DNA of 64,000 nt, from positions 8,680,001-8,744,000 of the forward strand of contig CM119377.1 in the NCBI GenBank assembly GCA_051294905.1, given 5' to 3'. The notes beneath the pieces were generated by a model, which had not been told where the DNA came from, ran no database searches, and saw only the letters and a list, made by a program, of their open reading frames with translations. Position numbers and translations under genes: made by a program. This stretch comes from Botryllus schlosseri (lineage: Eukaryota). Below, piece by piece: positions 54,757-64,000 of this stretch (within the stretch, counting starts at the first letter, position 1; the number at the start of each line of letters is the position of its first letter).

Positions 54757-56335
54757 ATGTTCGGATCTAGCATTTTCTTTTTTATTTTACATATGTCTGT
54801 CTTTACCGCTAAAAAACTTCTTGACACAGCGCAGGCCAACTTGGCAAGGGTTGCAATGGCGGTTGGGGTTAAACATAACAGCTCACAGGACATGGAACTG
54901 AGAAGTCTTCCGAGCATTGAAGACTGCATGGTACAGAATGTCGGGAAGGTTCGTTCGTGTTTGTACCAAGTTTACTCTTTTCACTTATGGAAGCTTTCTG
55001 TTTTGCTACCTATAGCCTGCCATCGTTCCTCTATAACTCAGCCCTCTGATTTTCGATGAAAAAGTTTCACCTGGCAACATAATTGTAAAGCCAATAAATA
55101 CACATAGACATCTGTAATAATTATATTCAAATGAGCAGTAATACTGAGCAATAGCCACATCTTCTGAGGAGCAGCGAATTGGATGTGGCTAGAAACAGGG
55201 GGTTTGCGAACCTCTGAATTCACAATATGATTGATAACCTAATTTGTGATTTTGTAAGCTAGGGTAGATCGCGTGAAACAGCTTTCCTTCATAGCTGCTG
55301 TAATTGTTCAGGGCTGACATCAGATAAAATATCCTAATACTGTGAGAACTAATTTTAAATGCCTGTCAGCCATCGACGCGATAGCGTAAACGTGCAGAGT
55401 CCGACTTTATCGTAGGTTCAATCCCCGCGGGTCAGAACAAAGACCTGAACTTAAAACTGGTATCCACGAATTTCCCGCTATAGGCGCTCTGTATTTTGGG
55501 GTAGTGTGAAGAAGGCAAATGGCGGTATTGACTCGATAATTATTCTAATGCTTATTTCCTATCTTCATCGTCAAAGCACCTCGATGGTACAGACAAAAAG
55601 AAAACTGATCTCCTTCTCCAATAAAAAGACAATCATGTAACTCTTTGAATGTGAAGCTGTCAGTGCCAGGAAATTTGAGAGCATTTACGGCGGCGAATTC
55701 CTGAGCTACTCTCCTAATCTGTCCCATTGGAGATGAATCCATTTTCTCATGTCCCAGAATAACCTCAAGATGGGCTGCGAGACAAGAATAACTCGACTGT
55801 GCGTGAATGTTGATTGAAAAATTTCAATGTAAATTTTGGTGTCTCATGCTGCAAAACCGCCGAATCAATGCCGGATACATCCCCGCTACGCATTGACATG
55901 CGGTAGACGAATGTTTGTATAATTACCCGTCGAAATACAAATTCCCTCTGGCAAAATATATTCCCTTTGCTTCGATAACGGTGCAGTGTGGACTTGGGCA
56001 TACGCGATCGATTTTACTTTCGTGAATGAAAGATATCACGTGATGGACTATTTCGCTCCTCTCATTTGTAGGACGGAAGAAAAGAACTCTTCAGAAACTC
56101 TTCAACTATTTTCGATATGGCAATTCAATGTGCGCAGAATGCTACGGTAGAGAAATGGAAGTCGCTGAACCAAGTCAAAAGACTCCAACCTGCTTCCTCT
56201 CACGAATTCATGTTAACATTCTACCTAAATGTGGGGGTAGTGGTATTTCTGGTCGGATCGCTGCATTGGCTGTTCAAATTCTATATGAAACGCTGCTCAA
56301 ATGACGATATGGCGGGCGACATGACTTTCATTTAG
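54757..56335 (+). pseudogene. Possible disrupted p24/TMED (GOLD-domain) type I membrane protein gene fragments
   Basis: 54757-54948 gives a signal-peptide-like start (MFGSSIFFFILHMSVFTA) and LPSIEDCMVQNVGK with a GT donor. 55945-56040 gives GKIYSLCFDN. 56072-56335 follows a strong acceptor and gives a coil-length segment plus a TM (FYLNVGVVVFLVGSLHWLF) and a short tail. I could not build an intact spliced frame. Confidence 0.25.
55370..55520 (+). mobile_element. Degenerate tRNA-derived SINE-like fragment
   Basis: B box ggttcaatccc at 55415 followed by a SINE-like body (ggtcagaacaaagac...aaaactggtatcc); A box eroded. Confidence 0.45.
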
Positions 56336-56869
56336 GCATCTAAAGCGAAAATGACCAAGAATATTACGAACTGGTGGATCCCGATAATTATCAAACAGCA
56401 GATATTTGCAATTTCTGATATGAACAGACAACTATTGCTGCAGCGATTTTATGATTCTTAGTCTGCTCCGATTGTTAGCGGATAGTTGGCGATACCTTTT
56501 CCAGTGCGACGTTGAATGTAATAATTATTAACTGATTTCCACATATTTATAGATTTTGTCTCTTCAAACTCGCCTGCGGTACGCGTCCCCCAAGGTTACT
56601 AAGACCACCTGAATTTTTATTTCAGGTATTCTCACAGACCGCAATCGCATCTTAGTTGCGCGAAATATCGCAGTGCGATATTGTTGTTTGAATATTATTT
56701 TGCAGCGATAAATCGTGTTCAACATATCTTTAATACATGTCAAATCACTGAACTTTATGCAAATAAACACGCTATAAAATGTAAAAATGTTAATAAAGAA
56801 AACAGAAGCTGCATATATTCAAGAGCACGGTAAGCCGCTTAGGGAATGTTATACTATGCCTATTCACTT

Positions 56870-58739
56870 TCATTCCGATAAATACTCGTATATACTGACT
56901 ATTATCAAAGAAATGACAGTGAGCGTTAATATACTTTGGCTTGTGTCACCCGTGACAGAGCTGGTTTCACAATCCATGTCTTCTTTTCCGAATTGTTCTT
57001 CAGCTGGACGACCGATGTTCCACACTTCAAACATCTTCCAAGTTCTTCGACAGTGATCCAAGCTCGTGTCAACGCATGTCTGCAATTCTCGCCACCTTTA
57101 CATATTTGTTCGAAATATTGTTATCATATTCCATATTAATTATCGGCTCATAGAAATCTTGAATAATATAGATTACCTGCAGTTGCCCGTGTCGTCTCGA
57201 GTGCTGTTCCAGTCGCGAATTTGTTTGAAGCACTCGTGGAATACGGTCGTCATACCGGATAGCTCGCAGTTTTCTATGTCCACTGTCAAACGAAAGTTGA
57301 CAATTTTGTTGTAAATGTTGCATGATTAGGCACCTCTTGCTATCATTTCGCTATTGCTAGTGTACATTGTTTTCGAGATGGCACCGCTGAGAAACATGGA
57401 CGTCAAACGTTTACTGTTTCACCCGTGATACCTTCCACACAATAACTGCGTACCCTTGATGCAAGTGATAGCGATTAGACCAGTTTCTAAGCCATCGGAA
57501 TCTTCATCAATTCATAGCATGTCACCACGAGCTTAATCACAAGTAATCCTGGTAAATGTTAAACATCCTATGAATAACCAAGTCTCTCGAATCTAGATTT
57601 AAAAATGAATAAGAGGTTATTTGAATGTAGTTTGATTGATGTAATTTGAAGTAACAGTAATTGAAGTTAACTGTGAATTATAGAAAATATATTTAATTAG
57701 GTATGGTTACAACTATACTCCGATGTCTTCTGCAGATTATAAATAGCAGCTAAGTAAATGACGTGGTGTAAATAAGTGGTTACAGTTGTTTACATGCGAG
57801 CTCGCTTGTCAAAACTGAAAAAATACCCAGTATATATACTAACTTGTACGCTGATGCTTGCATTCTCTATCTTCAACCGTGAAGAAAATATCATCGTTCG
57901 CGTTATGATTCCAATACGGCCAGTAACTCCAAACGCCATCAGCACAATTATCGGTTTGAACTCCTACACAGCCCTGTAAATGGATGTCGATTCATGCGGA
58001 TTCATGCTATTCCAGTCTCGATCAAATGTACTGAAATATTACAACTAGTGTTGCAGTTAAAATAATTGGTGTTTTGAAACACTTTGTTTAAACCAATGTT
58101 TTAAAAAAATGACATTTTAGAAAGATGATAATTGTTTTTTTCTTCAAAAGTTGTATAATTATGCAATGACTGTGTAAATACTTTCGCGAAAACATGCAAT
58201 ATGACGCCACGGACGATATCCGCAGTCGATATAGTCGACGTACACGATATGGAATGGTAGGGACTCTCGAAATCATCGTCGGTTCAACAGTTACAGCACG
58301 TAGATCATTGGTACGGAATGGATGTTCTGATGATGATGACCGCCTACTGCACAATGCTGCATTACAATGTAGATCTGGTTAAAGCTATTTTTGACCCGAT
58401 TAAGACATGGATCGGCAGCCTTTGTCAACAAAGGAGCCATATTTACCCTATATTCCTAATTGTCGATGCCATTACACTGTCACATCACAATTAGATTCGT
58501 GACGTCACATCTAATAAAACAAAACAAACGAACAATGAGAAACATGTTTTAAAGAAGCGCCATGTTTTCAATATGTTTGTTTTAAGTTGATTTTTGTTTT
58601 AAATGCAACCCTAATTACAACCCTACCTGGAACGCATGGTAACGGCAACGATAAATTTTGCTGTCCTCGTGTAGCGGGAATGTTCTGGATGGAATGACGC
58701 AGGCGTCAAATAGCTCCAGAGCTCGCTGCCTGCCGCAAT
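56870..58739 (-). CDS. Four exons encoding two six-Cys helical repeats and a GPI-signal-like C-terminus (3' module of the GH9 gene, or less likely a separate small gene)
   Basis: CGRQRALELFDACVIPSRTFPLHEDSKIYRCRYHAFQ/GCVGVQTDNCADGVWSYWPYWNHNANDDIFFTVEDRECKHQRT/MDIENCELSGMTTVFHECFKQIRDWNSTRDDTGNC/RWRELQTCVDTSLDHCRRTWKMFEVWNIGRPAEEQFGKEDMDCETSSVTGDTSQSILTLTVISLIIVSIYEYLSE*. Cys spacing is 11-17-7-7-27 and 11-16-7-7-26. The splice sites are good. Most of these exons are missed by the ORF track. Confidence 0.8.
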
Positions 58740-61700
58740 CTATCAAATTGGATATCGATAATCAGATATGATGGATATAGTATTTAGTAACAAATATTCA
58801 GGAATGTAACCTTGACAACTAATATATCAACGGCAAAATCGAATATTGACGTCAACTCGATTAGGAACGGATTAGGCCCATACTAACTGTATGTTGGTGT
58901 TAGTAGCTATTTGCAACCAGCTGACTACTAGGGATGGTGTGAACCTCTGAAAGGTTCAGGTTCGTGTGAACGCGAACCTTTTTGAAAGGTTCTGTGTGAA
59001 CGCGAACGTGAACCTCATGACGTCACGTGACGTCATATTGCTAATTCCAACCCTATCTTTCAATGAATTGATAGCCTATATTAATGTACACGATACCTAG
59101 CTACGACTCGGGCCACATGATGCCACAATGCTGGAGTACATATTGGCGTTTTAAACGACGCTAAATGTATCAACTGAGGCAATCAAAGGATATAATAATC
59201 CCATAAAATCAATATCTTCCGTCGCTTTGCCAACAATTTCGACGAGGACTTACCAGGGAATATAAGCTTACGCCTAAACGGTCCAGGCCAGACCGGACAA
59301 TGTATTCGGCGTCTGAGTATTGCTACATGGATATTGAGCAGAGTGTAAAACGGGTTTCTATACTTGCTACCGATATTACCCCATTAACAAGTTATACCGC
59401 AATAGCCAACACCTCAATCGCACGGATTTGGTTTTATTGACGCAGTAAAGATATGAAGTCAAGACTGACGCCGTACGCCAGCTAGATTTTGTACATCAGA
59501 AACGATATCAATCTCATTAATTGGTTGAATAAGCATCATTCGCTGACTACTAATTTTGCTCGTGATGTTGTGTGATTGCGGGTCAAGCTCACAGCAGAGA
59601 GTCACTAAATATTCACAAACGGAAAGCTGGATATTTCGAGCAAACTTTTGTAAAAAAGCAAGGAAAACTTTTAAGATTGTAAAGGTGCGTGCTCGTTTAG
59701 TGTTGATTTTTAGTACTGCCAGCGCCATGCATAGAGTGGCCCGCAGTTGAGATGCAATAACTTTGAACCAAAGATGTTTTAATGACGTGGAAAATTGTAA
59801 TATATGAAAAAGGTTCACAGTGCAGAACCTGCCAAGGTTCTGCTGTGAACGCGAACCTTTAAATTTCCGAGGTTCACATACAGAACGCGAACGTGAACCT
59901 CACGTTCACACCATCCCTACTGACTACTATAGTTACAGTCAGTCATACAAACTATATATATCTTTCATAATTAAAATTATATATCTTTCAACGAACGATG
60001 TAACTGTGATCAACGTCACACTTTCGAAGACATCTCATTGGTAATAATTTGAGAAGAGCAAAAGACTAGGTGGATACTACTATATTCGGAGGCTATTTAA
60101 TAATATAGTAAGACGCGACAACAATCAAAATAAAATCCAAATCGCAACCGACTTACACCGCTTTTTCTCCCAGTCGTAGTTTGCATTATGCGCGCTGGTG
60201 GTACCATTTGATATCGTAAACGTTCCACTAGTAGTTGCAAGATACTTCCCCGTTGTCACTGCGGTCGAATATGACGGGATACTCGGGTACGTGCTACTAG
60301 AAGTGGTGTTAGTAGCAATGGAGCCGCTATCCGAAACAGTCTGATCAAAGTTATCGTGATGTACCGTAGATGCACGGGTGGGAATATCGGAATAATTAGT
60401 AGAGGCAGTTGAAACCACGGTAGAGAAAAAGGTAGTTTGATTGGAGCTTAGTGGAAGATCTTGTTCCACCACCTGTACCGTAACTGTCGTATTTGCTGTG
60501 GTCAAGTCTGTGATTGATTCAATCGAAGTAAAGGACGTGTCACTGACACTGGTTGTAGGCGATGGAGTTGTAGTTGATTGAATTGCAGCGGTTGAAGTTG
60601 TGGATTTTTTATTACCGCGGTTGCTCTTCGTAGGCTTCTTGTTCCTCTTGGATTTAGTTTTCGGTTTCGGCGTCGCGGGCGGAAAAATCTCCAAATACCG
60701 CAAACCTGCGACAGCACTTTGGAATGCGGCGTTGTAGGTCAAAGCGACTCTGTTGGATCGGGCGTTGGATCGGTCATCGACGTACTGATCTTTTTTGTCC
60801 GGTCCGCCAACGACAGCTCCGTACAGGGTGTGTGGATTATGCTCCTTTGAGTACAATGCTGTGAAGTTACACGGATGACTCGGTACCGACGGGCAGGAGC
60901 TTGCCCTATGGTACGGCTGTTTGGGCGGCATTGGTCCATATCCAACTACAAAGCTCCGTCCTCCTCCATCCCCTAGTATGTAATCGATTTGTTTCTTGGC
61001 GAACTTCCTATTCTCTTTAACTTTGATCCCAAGGTCCGCTGTCATGAGACATATCAGTGCTGCCCCAGATGCGTATTGAAGAGTTCCCCACTGAGGTCGG
61101 TATAAGAGTCCTTTAGGAGTGTAATCTCCATTTTTGATGATATTATCACAGAACTCTTTGGCTTGTGTTCGGTATTTATTCTTTTTCGTAATCTTTGCCA
61201 GTAGAACGTTAATTCCAGGCAGTTTATCGTCCCAATAAAAATCGCGAGAGGCGTAATTTTTCATACGGAATTGCTGGTACTTTGACGTGGCATCTCGTAA
61301 GTATTTGGTTTCATTTGTAGCCAAGTGGAGCCAAATACTTGACCAAACTAGCTCGTCCTTGTAGCCGTTGAAAGAAGGGTAGGATGGACCAGCATCGGGT
61401 ATAGATCTGAAAATCAGTAGTAATCATGTTCCAATGTGGCTATAATTGACTGATCCTACTCCTGGAACTAGAATGTACTCATAAGATTGGAATAGGATTT
61501 AAAATTCCCCTTTCGAAAATTATCTTAATGTCACAGTCTGAAAATCACATAAGGATGAGGGCGCAAATTTATACTAGACTATGCGGTATGCGCATATGCA
61601 AACTTCATATGTTTTAAATCACCATTTGGGGAGATATATCGGTGTGGAATTGTTCATATTTAAAATATACATGTATCAATAATTTAAAGTTTAAATCAGA

Positions 61701-63736
61701 GTTTAGAACAATGGCATTTTAGGCTATGATATAACGTAATCGCTTGACATAGTACTGTACATGACCAGAATTGAAATTCGCCATGCCTGATTATTGACAA
61801 CGTTTTATATATACCTGTGATAGAGTCCTCTATATTGATCTGCAAATTGGTATAACTCTTTTGCGTGTTTGATAAGTAGCTTGTAATACTTTTCATCTGT
61901 CGTCTTGAATACGATTGCTGCAGCAGACAGCGCTGCCGAAGTCTCGGCTGCAAGCTCTGTACCTGGAGAGATCTTTGTGATCTTGAAGGCAGGTCGGAAA
62001 TAAGTTATATCTTCTGGTCGCAGCCAATGGCTACGTTCAAGTGCACTGGAGCCAACCTGAGACGTACAAATACTTGGTTAAATTGATTGAATATTCCGTG
62101 ATATACAGTAATCAACAACTTCACCTGGCCATATAGTTCAAATTTTGAAGTGTGACACTTCATGAAGTATAAAGTAAACCACCGAAGCAACGATTTCAGT
62201 TGATCGTCTTCCCCTGCACCCTGATAGGATTCTCGGAAGTTAATCATTCCCCATGATAGCACCGTTGCTGTAAACGCCATTGGAAAATTGAATTTTATGT
62301 AGTCGGGTCCATCAAAAAATCCCCCGCTCAAGTCTACTCCGTCAGACGACTTGTCATCTACGCAGGCTGATCTTCTCCATGGTATTCGAGTGCTTGGTGG
62401 TAATCTACCAGATTTCTGTGCCTCGTAGAACATATTTGAAAATCGGAGGACTTGTCCATAATCTTGATGTTTATCGAACTTTGGTAGTATGGCTGGCATC
62501 AGCTCTCCGGGCTCGGGATCAGAAAATGTCTCCATAGCAACTTGAATTTGTAATACTCCGGCAGCAAGAGTTTGGAAACCGGCGTTGCAATAGACACTGA
62601 CGCGGTTGGAGGTGGATGTTCTATCGTCAATGTAGTTATCCCATACATCCGGTCCACTGACTAACGCTCCCGTCAACTCATTCGGATTGTCGGCATCTGC
62701 ATCCCGGTTAGTCCAAGAGCATCTCTGTGATAATTTCGGGCAGCTACTTGCCCTATGAAAGGGCCGCTTGGGCGAGTTCTTTCCATAACCGACGACGAAA
62801 CTCTGGCCCCCATCCCCTACACAACATAAAGCGAAACCATGTACAAAGGAATGTCGTTGTGGCAAAATAAGCTCGATAGCAATACCTCTATTATGAGTGC
62901 ATATTGCTCACCTAAAATGTAGTTGAGTTGTTGCTGGGAAAATTTCCTGTAGACATTCTTACGTAATCCAAGATTTGCGGCAAATAAGCAAATGAACGCC
63001 GAGTTGCTTGCAAGCGCGGTGGAATCCCGTTTCGAAATATACAGAAAACCCTTGTGCGTGTAATTGAAGCTACCTCCCACAAGCATCGAATCACAAAAAT
63101 CAAGCAACTGGAATCGAAATTCCGTCCTGTGTAAAATACAGGTTTATTGATGCATGTTTACAGTGAGGTATAATTACAATCACCACCAGTACATTATGTA
63201 GGCCTACCCCGACCTGTTTGTCATTTGTGCTAGCAGAGCAATCACAGCTACTTGCTTATCGTCCCAATCCAGATAATTCATCTTTTTTGACTGTTGGTGT
63301 TGTGCCAGCCGCCTTATTGATAAATCCAAATACTTCGTTTCCTTCGTCACCCCGTAAAGCCACCCAGCTGCCCACGCGATTTCATCAAAATATCCGGATG
63401 ACCTGAGCGGAAATAGAGACGTATGCTGTACTGTAGTTACAATACAACATATCGCCGGTGGTCGTTTTACTTGTATTTCGAAGTATTTATAGCGTCTTGG
63501 TATTTCCCGCGGTAACGATCGGCGAAGCGTAACAGGGAAATGGATTCATTCACAAGTTTTGCAGAATACACCGGATTTGTAGCACGCAAGGCGATTGAAG
63601 CTGCGGCAAGTGCGGCTGCCGATTCTGCTGCAACGTCCGAGCCTGGTCTACTCCTCGTTACTGCGTACGATGGACGAACTCCACGGATATCCTCGGGTCT
63701 CATCCAGCCAGTGTTGTCAGTCTTCTCGTCTGAGAC
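56870..63736 (-). CDS. Tandem GH9 (endoglucanase-like, probably non-catalytic) - polybasic linker - Ser/Thr stalk - 2x Cys-rich repeat - GPI-like tail protein; 5'-partial (1142 aa in window)
   Basis: Exons (minus strand): 63736-63471, 63402-63214, 63126-62912, 62816-62125, 62056-61815, 61406-60157, 58739-58627, 57973-57844, 57282-57177, 57095-56870. All GT-AG and phase-compatible, total 3429 nt, ending in TGA. The join 60157 to 58739 is inferred from a consensus GTAAGT donor and matching phase 1. Confidence 0.75.
58046..58613. mobile_element. hAT MITE in an intron of the GH9 gene (same family as 43970-44354)
   Basis: TIR tagtgttgca.ttaaaa / ttttaaatgcaacccta; perfect TSD attacaac. Confidence 0.88.
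58929..59919. mobile_element. 991-bp hAT element with gaacc/gttcac subterminal repeats, inside the intron between the stalk exon and the Cys-repeat exons
   Basis: Perfect TIR tagggatggtgtgaac / gttcacaccatcccta; perfect TSD ctgactac. Confidence 0.93.
60125..63736 (-). CDS. GH9 portion of the gene: C-terminal part of GH9 domain 1 plus complete GH9 domain 2 and mucin-like stalk (reads to a stop at 60125 if the 60157 donor is not used)
   Basis: GH9 motifs appear twice: W.RPED, PGSDVAAESAAALAAASI / PGTELAAETSAALSAAAI, DEIAWAA.WLY / DELVWSSIWLH, WDDK, YILGDGG.SFVVGYG, HRASSC, GA(L/V)V(S/G)GPD. The domain-2 N-terminus reads FYEAQKSGRLP..RIPWR..DLSGGFFDGPDYIKFNFPMAFTATVLSWG. Confidence 0.93.
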
Positions 63737-63947
63737 CTATTTCATAGACACTTTATCGAATACCAGCTTCCATTGATTGTAAGACTATACGCACTACCGG
63801 TACTCAGTTGAAGTGGCGAGTGGTTATGCAGGTAATAATCAAATTCACTGTATTTGTCGAGCAAGAACGAGCTATATGATGATATCTATGCCTGCGAATT
63901 GAGCATGTCATTCGTATCCGTGGTGTTTCGATTACAATGTTCTATGG

Positions 63948-64000
63948 CAGGGGTGGGCAAACTTTTCAGCTCGCGGGCCGCATTCAACATCTGAATCCAT
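63948..64000. mobile_element. Start of a hAT-type MITE (truncated by the window edge)
   Basis: caggggtgggcaaacttttc..gcgggccgca is a typical hAT/Charlie terminal sequence. Confidence 0.6.

Noticed and set aside
62005-62865. Treating ORF 62005-62865 or 60125-61324 as stand-alone cellulase genes
   Set aside because: Both begin and end at intron boundaries. ORF 62005-62865 spans the end of one GH9 domain and the start of the next with no stop between, so they are exons of one gene.

Overview
Eukaryotic, AT-rich, intron-containing animal DNA. An invertebrate chordate, probably a tunicate, is my inference from gene content and gene structure, not something proven. I found no prokaryotic operons, rRNA, true tRNA genes or CRISPR arrays. 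Three spliced genes can be rebuilt by hand with phase-compatible splice sites. (1) The 3' end of a podocan-like small leucine-rich repeat gene (+ strand, 4 exons, 1096-3799, one GC-AG intron). (2) A complete 18-coding-exon delta-type protocadherin (- strand, 23203-5623, 1129 aa, 6 cadherin repeats, TM, CM1+CM2). (3) The main discovery: a - strand gene that enters from beyond the right edge (10 exons in the window, 63736-56870). It appears to encode two tandem GH9 cellulase-like domains that have both lost the catalytic acid (Glu to Arg), then a polybasic linker, a Ser/Thr mucin-like stalk, two six-cysteine repeats resembling neuritin/RGM-N helical domains, and a GPI-anchor-like C-terminus. That points to a candidate cell-surface, non-hydrolytic cellulose-binding protein. 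The roughly 33 kb between the protocadherin start and this gene has no recognisable intact gene. It is full of non-autonomous hAT-type elements (many with perfect 8-bp TSDs), one element with a 9-bp TSD, SINEs and small duplications.
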